A DNA stretch of 64,000 nucleotides from Raja brachyura (GCA_963514005.1 OY740795.1:1488001-1552000); one strand, 5' to 3'; positions 36,742 to 50,500 are shown, counted from the first letter of the stretch. Made by a program: numbers and translations. Notes: a model not told the origin generated them from the letters alone.

Positions 36742-36790
36742 AATAAATGTGATGTGAAAAAGGTTTTGTGTCTGTGCTTGGTGTGTTTTG
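36742..36790 (+). terminator. Poly(A) signal of the long secretory form
   Basis: AATAAA at 36742-36747, followed by GT-rich ggttttgtgtctgtgcttggtgtgttttg. Confidence 0.8.
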
Positions 36791-38541
36791 GGTGGCAGTA
36801 CATGAGTAAGTTGGGATGTGAGGTGCGCACGTTCTAGGAGAAGCACATTCTGGGAGAAATATGTGTTGTTGGATCAATGTGTCCAAAACCTTCCACCATT
36901 GGGTGTTCTGACAGCCACGCCTGGACCAGTTGAAGACTAATGGACAGAGATTGATTGTGGTCGTTGGTCGTTAACTCCATTATCACTGTGTCATGCGACT
37001 GTCAGAGTGACACAAGATGAACTGATTGGACCATGGTCTTTCCTAACCCAGCTGTGACAATGTACCTGATGCAAGCTCCCACAGGTCAAACCAAATCTGG
37101 CCAGATCTCCTGCGTCAGGTAGTCCTTGCTTTCTCCCTCTTTCCCCTCCCCTTCCCAGCTCTCCCACAGCCCACCCGTGTTTAGCTGTTTTGTTTCAGGC
37201 TAAATATTAGAGCAGAACTCTGGTGGTCATGTCATGCCATTGCTGACATCTACCTGAGAAGCACCTCCTTAAAGCCTCATCCCAAAGACAGCAGCATTCA
37301 TGAGGTGACATTGTTCACCACTGAGCCACACATGACATCTGTGTCGAACAAGGGGGATGGTTGTTTGAGGAGTCTCTGTCCTCAGTGGGTGTGCATGGAT
37401 AATGTTGAATACAAGAGACAACTCATCATTGGTAACTCTTCTATTCCAATGTTACAATTAAACATCTGCCTGTCGGTGCTGAAAGTAAATGTTCTTGAAT
37501 CTGCTGCCTCGTGCTTTCAAGCTTCTTGTATCTTCTGGAGAGGGGAGAAGAGACAATGACTGGGATGTGAGGGTTCCTCGATGATGTTGGCTGCTTTCCT
37601 GAGGCAGCGTGAAGTGTCGATGGTGGAAGGAGTATTGGTCTAGGGTGGGGGATGCAATGCCCATTGTGTGGGCCGAGGGTTGTTTAGTTTAGTTTGTTGT
37701 CACATAGACCGAGGCACAGCGAAAATGCTTTTTGTTGCGTGCTAACCAGTCAGCGGAAAGACTATATAATTACAATTAAGCCTTCCACAGTATACAGATA
37801 CATGATAAAGGGAATAACATTTTGTGCAAGGTAATGTCAGATTAAACATAGTCCGAGGGTCTCCAGTGAGGTAGATGATAGCTCAGGACTGCGCTCTAGT
37901 TGGTGAGGGGATGAATATGTTCAGTTGCTTGATAACAGCTGGGAAGAAACTGTCCCTGAATCTGGGGGTGTGCGTTTTCACACTTCTACGCCTTTTGCCT
38001 GATGGGAGAGGGGAGAAGAGGGAGTGGCCAGGATGCGACAGGTCCATGATTATGCTGCTGGCCTTGCAGAGGCGGCGTGAGATATAAATGGAGTCAGTGG
38101 AAGGGAGGTTAGTTTGTGTGGTGATCTGGGCTGCAACCACAATTCTCTGCCAGTTCTTGGATGGAGCTGTTCCCAAACCATGATGTGATGCATCCTGATA
38201 AAATGCTTTCTATGGTGCACTAAAATTAAATACCAATAAAGAATTTAACAGCATGTAGTTTTATTTATGTTAGTGTTATTGTACATGTATAAGTGTTGTG
38301 GAGAATGTATAGTGTTCGATTATAAGAAATGTGAGTGTGCGGATAATTTCAAGGGTCAAACTCTGTATAAATGCTAAGTGGAATTTCAGAGCAGCAGGTA
38401 ACTGGGACTGTGCTGCTCTCCTTATGCATGAGTCAATAAAGTGAGTCTGGAAAATGAATGCAAGTCGTCAGAGTCCAGTTGATCGGTGACGACCACACCA
38501 GACCTTGTCCGGTTTGTAAGCTTCCTAGTTCTCATCTGCAG

Positions 38542-39736
38542 AATTGTCCGTCTTTATCCAAAACCCCTCCACCAGTCATTGAAAGTAGGCATGCAGGTAC
38601 AGCAGGCAGTGAAGAAAGCCAATGGTATGTTAGCTTTCATAGCAAAAGGATTTGAGTATAGGAGCAGGGAGGTTCTACTTCAGTTGTATAGGGTCTTGGT
38701 GAGGCCACACCTGGAGTATTGCTTACAGTTCTGGTCTCCAAATCTGAGGAAAGACATTATTGCCATAGAGGGAGTGCAGAGAAGGTTCACCAGACTGATT
38801 CCTGGGATGTCAGGACTGTCTTATGAAGAAAGACTGGATAGACTCGGTTTATACTCTCTAGAATTTAGGAGATTGAGAGGAGATCTTATAGAAACTTACA
38901 AAATTCTTAAGGGGTTGGACAGGCTAGATGCAGGAAGATTGTTCCCGATGTTGGGGAGGTCCAGGACAAGGGGTCACAGCTTAAGGATAAGGGGGAAATC
39001 CTTTAGGACCGAGATGAGAAGGACTTTTTTCACACAGAGAGTGGTGGGTCTCTGGAACTCTCTGCCACAGAGGGTAGTTGAGGCCAGTTCATTGGTTATA
39101 TTTAAGAGGGAGTTAGATGTGGCCCTTGTGGCTAAGGGGATCAGGGGGTATGGAGAAAAGGCAGGTACGGGATACTGAGTTGGATGATCAGCCATGGCGG
39201 TGCAGGCTCAAAGGGCCGAATGGCCTACTCCTGCACCTAATTTCTATGTTTCTATGTTTCTTCCTGGTGGCAATGGTGAGATGACTGTGTGGCCAGGATG
39301 GTGTGGGTCCTTGATGATGTTGACTGCCTTTTTGAGGCAGCGACTATGATAGATCCCTTCGACGGTGGGGAGGTCAATGCTGGCGACGAACTGGGCAGTG
39401 CTCACAACTTTTTGTGGTATTTTTTCGCTCCTGGACATTCAAGTTGCCGAACCAGGCCACGGTGCAACCGGGACTAGGCCACAATGCTATATATTTCTGC
39501 GCTTTCACAACTTCAGTTTATTCCAAAACACCTCAGTGGCCAGGACACTGAGAAGACCAAGCCTGCTGTTCTTCAAAATTAGTGTCACTGGGTCAGCCCA
39601 CTCATTGTTGTCGGCCCACTGTGTGTGGCATCTCAGACTAGTTGTCTTGCTGCTACTTTGAAGAGTGGGGTCAAGTATTTGTATTTGTACAATTGTTTGT
39701 TGACACTGGAAAAGAGGTCCATCAGAAAGCCCATTG
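38542..39736 (+). pseudogene. Relic CH3/CH5-type constant exon split by CR1 (38570-39260) and Rex1/Babar (~39260-39470) insertions
   Basis: The 5' piece cag|aattgtccgtctttatccaaaaccc is 23/25 identical to the CH3 start. The 3' piece reads ...AATLKSGVKYLY..NCLLTLEKRSIRKPI versus CH5 AAEWNSGDLYTC...SLPTPERRSLEKPT. Confidence 0.7.
38570..39260 (+). mobile_element. CR1 LINE 3' fragment
   Basis: HQSLKVGMQVQQAVKKANGML... through the tttctatg tail. Confidence 0.92.
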
Positions 39737-40729
39737 TGTGGATGGAGCTGGGTACAAGCGTGTTGGCATTGGAGTGATCATGGAGTCACAGATTTATACA
39801 GTACGGTAACAGGCCCTTCGGCTCAGCTTGTCTTTGCCAACCAAGGTGCCCGATCTACACTAGTCGCGTCTCCCCATGTTTGGCCCAAATCACTAATCAT
39901 CTCATGTTCATAAGTGAGAGATGCAGAATTAGGCCATTCGGCCCATCAAGTCTACTCTGCCATTGAATCATGGCTGATTTATCTCTCCTTCCTAACCCCA
40001 TTCTCCCCTTGACACCAATACTAATCAAGAATCTATCTATCTCTGCTATAAAAATACCCATTGAGTGGGCCTGCACAGCCTTCTGTGGCAATGAATTCCT
40101 CAGATTCACTACACTGTGACTAAAGAAATTCCTCCTCATCTTCCTAGAGGAACATCCTTTAATTCTGAGATTATGGTCCTCGACTCTCCCACCAGTGGAA
40201 TCATCCTCTCTACATCCACTCTATCCAGGCCTTTCACTATTGGTCCTGTCCATGTACCTGTACATATAGCTTTTAAACATTGTTATAGTTTCTGCCTCAA
40301 CTACCTCTTCCCGCAGCACATTCCATGCACCCAGTGCCCTCAGTGTGAAAAAGTTGCCCCTCAGATTCCCATTAAATCTGTCCCCCCTCAGCTTAACCCC
40401 ATGTCCTCTGGTTCTTGATTGCCCTACCATGGGTAAAGGATCCTGGACATCTGTGTGCCTAACCATCTCCTGCACTCTGTCAAATCTGGTTATTTCCTCT
40501 TGTGATATTGGGCCGATAGAAACAAGACCATGTTGTGGTTAGTTGAACAGTTGGTACTCTTGAGGAAAGGGAATGTCTCCTCAGAAAGTCACTGCTATTC
40601 AGTGTCTCGTGCAGATTGGTGTTCCAGGGTTCACATCGGTGGACATTACTAAGCCAGGGAGAGAACGTCAACTGAGAATGAAAATGGATTCCAGACCAAA
40701 TCCATATCAAACATAACTTTTTGTTTAAA

Positions 40730-41070
40730 CATAACTGGTTGTATCTTGGCTTGGTTCGGCAACTTGAATGTCCAGGAGCGGAAAATAATGCAGAAAGTTG
40801 TGACCACTGCCCAGTCCATCATCAGCACTGACCTCCCCGCCATCGAAGGGATCTATCGCAGTCGCTGCCTCAAAAAGGCTGCCAACATCATCAAAGACCC
40901 ACACCATCCTGGTCACACACTCATCTCTCCGTTGCCATCGGGAAGAAGATACAGGAGCTTGAAATCTGGAACATCCAGGTTCAGGAACAGCTTCTTCCCC
41001 ACAGCCATCAGGCCATCAAACAAACTCTGAACAATAACAGCCTATTGCACTTTATCTGTTTATTTATTGT
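40730..41070 (+). mobile_element. Rex1/Babar-type LINE 3' fragment
   Basis: AWFGNLNVQERKIMQKVV...LPSGRRYRSLKSGTSRFRNSFFPTAIR. Confidence 0.75.
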
Positions 41071-41071
41071 G

Positions 41072-42549
41072 TACTAAAAGTCTGATCTTGACCACTTCCT
41101 GTTGTTCTGTATATTGATTTTAGAAAAAAACACTACCACTTACGGCTGTGATTTTTGGCCATCTTACTCAGAGTCCCATTCCGCTGTGCAGGATAAGAGG
41201 ATTTTTCCCATCGATAAAAAATTAAAAAGTTATTAGTGTTTTAAAAATGTTGAGATACTCCCTCCTGAAGGCCACGCCGCTTCCGAAGGGACTATAAAAC
41301 CCGGAAGTGTTGAGTGCCTTAGTCAGTCTCTGCAAGATGGGGGAGCGAGGGGGTCACGACTCTCAGTCTGAGCTGTGAATAAGGTGCTGAGGATGTTTCC
41401 CATCGATGGAAAAAAAAGAGTTATTAATGTTTTAAAAAATTTGAGATTTCTCTCCTGTCAATCATGCCATGAAGGCCACGCCCTTTCTGGTGGGAGGGGG
41501 AGGGACTATAAAACCCAGAAGTGTGGGCGTGGCTCAGTCTCTGCAAGATGGAGGAGGAAGAGGTCACAACCTGCTGTCTTTAGTGGCCTTGCACCCTGCT
41601 TGAAATGGCATGAAACTGCACTTGAATTTGGTGGCCTTGCACCCTGCTTGTGGTAAGTTTTTGGTCCCCTAATTTGAGGAAGGACATTCTTGCTATTGAG
41701 GGAGTGCAGCATAGGTTTACAAGGTTAATTCCTGGGATGGTTGGACTGTCATATGCTGAGAGAATGGAGCAGCTGGGCTTGTACACTCTGGTGTTAAGAA
41801 GGATGAGAGGGGATCTTATTGAAACATATAAGATTGTTAAGGGCTTGGATACGCTAGAGGCAGGAAACATGTTCCCGATGTTGGGTGAGTCCAGAACCAG
41901 GGGCCACAGTTTAAGAATAAAGAGTGAACCATTTAGAACAGAGACGCGGAAACACTTTTTCTCACAGAGAGTGGTGAGTCTGTGGAATTCTCTGCCTCAG
42001 AGGGCGGTGGAGGCAGGTTCTCTGGTTGCTTTCAAGAGAGACCTAGATAGGGCTCTTAAAAATAGCGGAGTCAAGGGATATGGGGAGAATGCAGGAACGG
42101 GGTACTGATTGGGGATGATCAGCCATGATCACATTGAATGGTGGTGCTGACTCGAAGGGCCGAATGGCCTACTCCTGCACCTATTGTCTATTGTCTATTG
42201 AAACTGCACTTGAATTTGGTGGCCTTGCATCCTGCTTGAAATGGAATTTCAAGGAATAGCTGTGAGTCAACTGCCAGCCCACCAGCCGTGAGTAAGTGAG
42301 CTGCCAGCACAACAGGCTTGAGTGACCGAGCCGCCAGCCCAAGAATCCATTCGGCACACAATGTCCATACTAGTTCTCTGGAAACCAGTCCCTTTGGCCC
42401 ACAACATCCATACTAGCGCTCCAGAAAGCCCCCCCCCCTCCCGCCCCCACTGGTCACCAATATTGGATTTGGTGGAGAGGTGGAATATTGCGTTGGGGGA
42501 CCAGCCCTCCCGTGTGATGTTGGGACCCAACGGATCCCACTTAGTCTAG
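41072..42549 (+). mobile_element. Non-autonomous Helitron-like element with a nested CR1 (~41654-42200)
   Basis: 3' hairpin tgggaccc-aac-ggatccca (42521-42539), then terminal CTAG (42546-42549) followed by T. The sequence gaaactgcacttgaatttggtggccttgca is repeated on both sides of the CR1. The 5' end is uncertain. Confidence 0.6.
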
Positions 42550-42812
42550 TATATATATATGGTCTATGGTCTATAGTCAAACTGAACTTTTATCTCCTGT
42601 TCTGTATTATGCTTACATGTTCTGTTGTGCTGCAGCAAGCAAGAATTTCATTGTCCTGTCTGGGACGCATGACAATAAAACTCTCTTGACTCTTGAAACA
42701 TCAATTACCAAAGAACGTGCAGTTACTATGGTAATATCTTTGTGTCAGGTCTGATCCTGCATGAAACCTGCAGAGACCCCACGAGAGGCTACATGTGTGT
42801 TTGTGTCAATGT

Positions 42813-43845
42813 AGCAATGTTACAAAATTTTGAGATTTTAAAAATCAAGTCTGCAATTTATCCCATCAGATAAAGCATAAAAAGAAGTTTAATTTGACAC
42901 CTAATTTACTTTCATATCTTCAGTATTAAGAAAGTTATGGCCATTTTCATACTCGGAAATTAGCATCTTGCTCCCCATTGCCTTTCAATTGACTTAACTC
43001 AAAAGCTGTGATCTGGAAAAGTTAAAAGTCTGTAACATTCTTAAAAATTAAGAGAACTCAATGAAATTTTCAGTTATTATAGATTGAAGCATTCTGAAAC
43101 AAATATTAAACAATCTTACTTGGATGACCTGAAATTAAAGCATATAATTAGTTAGTTATCTAATTGTAGCTAATTACAAAATTCAATGAGTAGATCTAAA
43201 CATCTATCAATTTCTTAAGAAAAGATAAACTTTTTTTAAATTGCCTAAGTGTCCAAATAACATTCACACAATAATCCACAATATAACATAATTTTTAAAT
43301 TTCATTTTCATGAATTTCTGGGCCAAATGGAAGGAATTTAGTGTTTTATGCCTGTAAATTAATGGCCATTTAAATCAACTAGCGAGTGGGTTTTAGAGAA
43401 ATGCGGTGGATTGGAACGTTGCGGTTTGAGGTGAAGTCGGGGGGGAAAATACTGGGGGTTCATACATGTTTTGGGGACCCCATTTCGCAACATCAAAATA
43501 TTATTAAAGCCTCCCGAAAAACCAACTTTTAATATAAAAATAAAGTATTTACCTTTTTTTCTCCCCTACGCAAAATGCTTCCGGTTGTCTGCGCTCACGG
43601 CTTTTGAAGGTGATTTTTAAATTACTCTAGTTAATAAATAATCTAGAGTAATTTAAAAATACCACCATTCATGAAATGTCGGAGCGATTTTTCTTCAGCA
43701 ACCAAATCGCCCGACATTCATCGATTATCCAGGCCTGTGGAAAAACGGCACTTTAAGCCCGCCCCCCTCTGCAAGGCGCCAAAGTCGCGCACACGGGGAG
43801 CGGCAGAAGTGCAGCGCCGCTAAAGGTAAGTTTTGTAACATACCT
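42813..43845. mobile_element. Non-autonomous DNA transposon with short TIRs and an 8-9-bp TSD
   Basis: Termini agcaatgttacaaaa and ttttgtaacatacct. Flanks tgtcaatgt (42804-42812) and ggtcaatgt (43846-43854). Confidence 0.7.
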
Positions 43846-44459
43846 GGTCAATGTAACCTATCAATGTTCAATAAAGAACATACATGTAGTGTTGGTGTTC
43901 CCTGTTGGTGCGTTTTGGGAGGTGTTGCCAAGTTGGTGAGGATCAGGTGACCTGGATCTAAGATTGCACATTGACTTTCACTCTATATATTTCTGCACAT
44001 TATGTAAATATACATTGTATTAGTCTCCTCCGTCCAAAGAATACAACATTCTGAAGGAGGGTCTCGACCCGAAACGTCACCCATTCCTTCTATCCAGAGA
44101 TACTCCAACAATTTGTGTCTATCTTCGGTGGAAACCAGCATCTGCAGTTTCTTCCCACACATTCCTGATGAACCTTTCTGGTCTTTAAAATATTCAAAGC
44201 TAATGAAGAGTGAAAGGAGTTTTGATCATCTTTGTGAATACATTTGATAAACGCATGTCAGTCATGATCACAATGAATGGCGGTGCTGGCTCGAAGGGCC
44301 GAATGGCCTCCTGCAGCACCTAGTTTCTATTTTTCTATGTTTCTACAAAGTGAATGGGCAAATCTGTGGCAAGAACCAGCTCTTTAAATGTGTGTGAACC
44401 ACACCCAAATAGACAATAGACAACAGGTGCAGGAGTAGGCCATTCGGCCCTTCGACGTT

Positions 44460-45050
44460 TGCTTGGAGGATGTGGAATCGATATGGGTAGAGCTGCGAAA
44501 CACCAAGGGGCAGAAAACGCTAGTGGGAGTTGTGTACAGGCCACCTAACAGTAGTAGTGGAGTTGGGGATGGCATCAAACAGGAAATTAGAAATGCGTGC
44601 AGCAAGGGTAAAACAGTTACAATGGGTGACTTCAATCTACATAAAGATTGGGTGAATCAAATTGGCAGGTGTGCTGAGGAAGAGGATTTCTTGGAATGTA
44701 TGCGGGATAGTTTTCTAAACCAACATGTAGAGGAACCAACGAGAGAGCAGGCTATTCTAGACTGGGTATTGAGTAATGAGGAAGGGTTAGTTAGCATCCT
44801 TGTTGTGCGTGGCCCCTTGGGCTAGAGTGACCATAATAATATGGTTGAGTTCTTCATTAGGATGGAGAGTGACATTGTTAATTCAGAAACAATGGTTCTG
44901 AACTTAAAGAAATGTAACTTTGAGGGTATGAGACGTGAATTGGCCAAGATAGACTGGCAAGTGATTCTTAAAGGGTTGACAGTGGATATGCAATGGAAGG
45001 TATTTAAAGACTGCATGGATGAACTACAATAATTGCTCATCCCAGTTTGT
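44460..45050 (+). mobile_element. CR1 ORF2 AP-endonuclease fragment
   Basis: VGVVYRPPNS...MGDFNL...EEPTREQAILDWVL. Confidence 0.85.
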
Positions 45051-45606
45051 TACACGTGACATAAACTAAACTAACTAGATAGGAGGAATTATGTTTTACT
45101 TGTGTACAGTGCTTCCTGGGTTACAAATGATCTCCCTGATTTATGGAAATCCAACTTCATACAAAGTACAGGGTCTAAAAGTTAGAGGCAGCCAAGCTGC
45201 ACGGAAGAGGGTCATGGCGTCTGAAGAAGGGTCTCGACCCGAAACCTCACCCATTCCTTCTCTCCAGAGATGCTGCCTGTCCCGCTGAGTTACTCCAGCT
45301 TTTTGTGTCTATCAGAGGCTCGTGGAAGTTTGGAATTGCATTCTACAGTTGGCATTTGGTTCCAGGTCTGAAGGTGATTTTAAATCTGAGATTGCAGAGT
45401 TTGACTACACGAGATGTTAAAGGATGTGGGGGAAAGTGCACTCAGTGGAGCTGATGATAGATCTCCACAATATCATTGAACGCTGGAACTGACCCGAGCC
45501 TCCTGTCTTCCTGTCCTCCTGTTGTCTTCATTTTGTTCACACGTTGTTGATCTTCACAAAACATCCGCAGCAAACTAACTGTCTCCCCTTCTCATTCGTC
45601 CTGAAG

Positions 45607-45746
45607 CCGGCACAGACTGGACAGGAGAGGAAGGGACGGAGGAACCGGGGGACTTGGATGGAGATGAAAATGTGTTGGCAGTTGCTGTCTTCGCCATCCT
45701 GTTCATTATCAGTTTCCTCTACAGTACCTTCGTCACCGTTGTCAAG
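45607..45746 (+). CDS. IgW: IgW transmembrane exon TM1
   Basis: Pyrimidine tract then ctgaag| (an in-frame alternative acceptor cacag| lies at 45616). (A)GTDWTGEEGTEEPGDLDGDENVLAVAVFAILFIISFLYSTFVTVVK has an acidic spacer and the CART motif LF..S..YST.VT. Phase-0 donor AAG|gtaacg. Confidence 0.93.
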
Positions 45747-45899
45747 GTAACGTTGACCAACGACAGAGATACTTTGTGACCCCCCCCCCCCCCCCCCCCA
45801 CACTGTGACCGTCCATTCCTCACTACACTGTGTTCTCTGACCCTCCAATCCTCACCACACCACGGCCCACAGATGATGCAGTCTGGGACAATAAGGGGG

Positions 45900-47520
45900 G
45901 GGGTTGGTGTCAAATGGAACGGAGTTAAAGGGAAAAGAGAGTAAAGGGACAGTTAATGACCCCAGAATTAACAGTAAAGAAAGCTCACAAAGGGATAGGA
46001 GAGTCTGGACAAGTGTAATAGGGATCGATGTGAAAAGTGAGATGCGTAAGGAATTAACAGTATTGTATATGAATGCACAAAGTATAAGAAGTAAAGTAGA
46101 TCTTTATTCTTTGGAGCGCAGAAGGTTAAGGGGGGACTTGATTGATGATGAAAGGGATAGACAGAGTTGACGTGGATAAGCTTTTCCCATTGAGGGTGGG
46201 GAAGATTCAAACAAGAGGGCATGACATGGGAATTAAGGGACAGAAGTTTAGGGGTAACATGAGGGGGAACTTCTTTACTCAGAGAGTGGTGGCTGTGTGG
46301 AATGATCTTCCAGCAGAAGTGGTGGAGGCAGGATCGATTTTAACATTTAAAAGTAAAGTGGATAGGTATATGGACGGGAAGGGAATGGAGGGGTATGGTC
46401 TGAGTGCAGGTAGATGGGACTAGGGGAAAATAAATGGTCGGCACGGACTGGAAGGGCCGAGAAGGCCTGTTTCCGTGCTGTAATTGTTATATGGTGATAT
46501 GAGCTTGAGGCTCAGTTAGAGGTTGGTAGATATGACATTGTGGGGATTACTGAGACGTGGCTGCAGGAGGATCGGGCCTGGGAACTTAATATTCAGGGTT
46601 ATACATCCTATAGAAAGGACAGGCAGGTGGGCAGAGGAGGGGGGGGTAGCTCTGCTGGTGAGGAATGGAATTCAGACCCTTGCGAGGGAAGACATAGGGA
46701 CTGACGAGGTAGAGTCATTGTGGATTGAGTTGAGGAATTGTAAAGGCAAGAAGACACTAATTGGTGTTATCTACAGACCCCCAAATAGTAGCCCGGATGT
46801 AGGGTGTAAGTTGCAGCAGGAGTTAAAACTGGCATGTAACAAAGGTAATACCACTGTGGTGATGGGGGATTTCAATATGCAGGTAGACTGGGAAAATCAG
46901 GTTGGTTCAGGACCCCAAGAAAGAGAGTTTGTAGAATGCCTCCGAGATGGATTCTTAGAGCAGCTTGTAATGGAGCCGGCCAGAGAAAAGGCAATTCTGG
47001 ATTTAGTGTTGTCCAATGAACCAGATTTGATAAGAGAACTAGAAGTAAAGGAACCGCTTGGAGGTAGTGATCATAATATGATTAGTTTTAATCTGCAATT
47101 TGAGAAGGAGAAGGTTACATCGGAAGTGTCAGTGATGCAGTTGAACAAAGGGGACTATGAAGCCATGAGAGGGGAGCTGGACAAGGTAGACTGGAAAGGG
47201 ATCCCAGCAGGAATGACGGTGGAACAGCAATGGCAGGAATTTCTGGGCATAATCCGGAAGACGCAGGATCATTTCATTCCAAAAAGGAAGAAAGATTCTA
47301 AGGGGAGTAGGAGGCAACCGTGGCTGACAAGAGAAGTTAGGGATAGAATAAAACTAAAAGAAAAGATGTATAACACAGCAAAGAGTAGCCGGAAGCCAGA
47401 GGATTGGGAAACATTCATAGGACAACAGAAGGAAACAAAATGGGCAATACGGGCTGAAAAGAAGTTCAAGGGGAAGCTGGCCAGGAATATTAAGAAGGAC
47501 AGTAAAAGCTTCTTTAGATA
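45900..47520 (+). mobile_element. CR1 ORF2 N-terminal (endonuclease) portion with a nested CR1 3' fragment (~46100-46495)
   Basis: LYMNAQSIRSK, then GGVALLV, IYRPPNS, MGDFN, AILDLVL and SDHNMI. Confidence 0.88.
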
Positions 47521-50500
47521 GAAACATAGAAATTAGGTGCAGGAGTAGGCCATTCGGCCCTTCGAGCCTGCACCGCCATTCAATATGATCATGGCTGATC
47601 ATCCAACTCAGTATCCCGTACCTGCCTTCTCTCCATACCCCCTGATCCCTCTAGCCACAAGGGCCACATCTAACTCCCTCTTAAATACCTTCTGTGGCAG
47701 AGAATTCCAGAGACTCACCACTCTCTGTGTGAAAAATGTTTTTCTCATCTCGGTCCTAAAAGATTTCCCCCTTATCCTTAAACTTCTGGTCTTCCTAAAC
47801 ATCGGGAACAATCTTCCTGCATCTAGCCTGTCCAACCCCTTAAGAATTTTGTAAGTTTCTATAAGATCCCCCCTCAATCCTCTAAATTCTAGCAAGTACA
47901 ATCCAAGTCTATCCAGTCTTTCTTCAGATGAAAGTCCTGACATCCCAGGAATCAGTCTGGTGAACCTTCTCTGCACTCCCTCTATGGCAATAATGTCCTT
48001 CCTCAGATTTGGTGATCAAAACTGTACGCAATACTCCAGGAGTGGTCTCACCAAAACCCTGTACAACCGCAGTAGAACCTCCCTGCTCCTACACTCAAAT
48101 CCTTTTGCTATGAATGCCACCATACCATTCACTTTCTACACTGCCTGCTGCACCTGCATGGCTACTTTCAATGACTGGTGTACCATGACACCCAGGCTCG
48201 TTGCATCTCCCCTTATCCTAATCGGCCACCATTCAGAAAATAGTCTACTTTCCTGTTTTTGTCACAAAAGTGGATAACCTCACATTTATCCACATTATAT
48301 TGCGTCTGCCATGCATTTGCCAACTCACCCAGCCTATCCAAGTCACCTTGCAGTCTCCTAGCATCCTCCTCACAGCTAACACTGCCCCCCAGCTTAGTGT
48401 CATCCGCAAACTTGGAGATGTTGCATTCAATTCCCTCGTCCAAATCATTAATATATATTGTAAATAGCTGGGGTCCCTGCACTGAGCCTTGTGGTACCCC
48501 ACTAGTCACTGCCTGCCATTGTGAAAAGGACCCGTTTACTCCTACCCTTTGCTTCCTGTCTGCCAGCCAGTTCTCTATCCACATCAATACTGAACCCCCA
48601 ATACCGTGTCCTTTAAGTTTGTATACTAATCTCTTATGCGGGACCTTGTCGAAAGCCTTCTGAAAGTCTAGATATAACACATCCACTGGTTCTCCCTTAT
48701 CCACTCTACTAGTTACATCCTCGAAAAACTCTATAAGATTCGTCAGACATGATTTACCTTTCGTAAATCCATGTTCACTTTGTCCAATGATTTCTCTACT
48801 TTCCAAATGCGCTGCTATCCCATCTTTAATAACTGACTCTAGCAGTTTCCCCACTACCGATGTTAGACTAACTGGTCTGTAATTCCTCGTTTTCTCTCTC
48901 CCTCCCTTTTTAAAAAGTGGGGTTACATTAGCTACCCTCCAATCCTCAGGAACTACTCCAGAATCTAAAGAGTTTTGAAAAATTATCACTAATGCATCCA
49001 CTATTTCTGTGGCTACTTCCTTAAGTACTCTGGGATGCAGCCTATCTGGCCCTGGGGATTTATCGGCCTTTAATCCATTCAATACCTAACACCACTTCCC
49101 GGCTAACCTGGATTTCACTTAGTTCCTCCATCTCATTTGACCCCTGGTCCCCTGCTATTTCCAGCAGATTATTTATGTCTTCCTTAGTGAGGACAGAACC
49201 AAAGTAGTTATTCAATTGGTCTGCCATGTCCTTGTTCCCCATGATCAATTCACCTGTTTCTGACTGCAAGGGACCAACATTTGTTTTAACTAATCTCTTT
49301 CTCTTCACATATCTGTAAAAACTTTTGCAGTCAGTTTTTATGTTCCCTGCCAGTTTTCTTTCATAATCTATTTTCCCTTTCCTAATTAAGCCCTTTGTCC
49401 TCCTCTGCTGTTCTCTGAATTTCTCCCAGTCCTCTGGTTGGCTGCTTTTTCTGGCTAATTTGTATGCTTCATCTTTTGTTTTTATACTATCCCTGATTTC
49501 CCTTGTTATCCATGGATGCACTACCTTCCCTGATTTATTATTTTGCCAAACTGGGATGAACAATTGTTGTACTTCATCCATGCAGTCTTTAAATGCCTTC
49601 CATTGCAGATCCACTGTCAACCCTTTAAGAATCACTTGCCAGTCTATCTTGGCCAATTCACTTCTCATACCTTTAAAGTTATCTTTCTTTAAGTTCAGAA
49701 CCCTTGTTTCTGACTTAATTATGTCACTCTCCATCCTAATGAAGAACTCAACCATATTATGGTCACTCTTGCCCAAGGGGCCACGCACAACAAGACTGCT
49801 AACTAACCCTTCCTCATTACTCAGTACCCAGTCTAGAATAGCCTGCTCTCTCATTCCTCTACATGTTGGTTTAGAAAACTATCCCGCATACATTCCAAGA
49901 AATCCTCTTCCTCAGCACCCCTGCCAATTTGATTCACCCAATCTATATGTAGATTGAAGTCACCCATTATAAGTGTTTTACCTTTGTTGCACGCATTTCT
50001 AATTTTCTGTTTGATGTCATCCCCAACTCCACTACTACTGTTAGGTGGCCTGTACACAATTCCCACTGGCGTTTTCTGCCCCTTAGTGTTTTGCAGCTCT
50101 ACTCATATCGATTCAACATCCTCCAAGCAAATGTCCTTCCTTTCTATTGCATTAATCTCCTCTCTCACCAGCAACTCTACCCCACCTCACTTTCCTTTCT
50201 GTCTATCCCTCCTGAATATTGAATATCCCTGGATGTTCAGCTCCCAGCCTTGGTCCCCCTGGAGCCACGTCTCCGTGATCCCAATTATAGCATAGTCATT
50301 AATAGCTATCTGCTCGTCCACCTTATTACAAATACTCCTTGCAATGAGACACAAAGCCTTCAGGCTTGTTTTTACAACACTCTTACTCCTTATACAATTA
50401 TGTTGACAAATGGCCCCTTTTGATTTTTGCCCTGGACACCCACCACCTCTTATTCTCTGTTTATTATTTTTTTCTTCTTTTCCCCCATACATGTTGGGTC

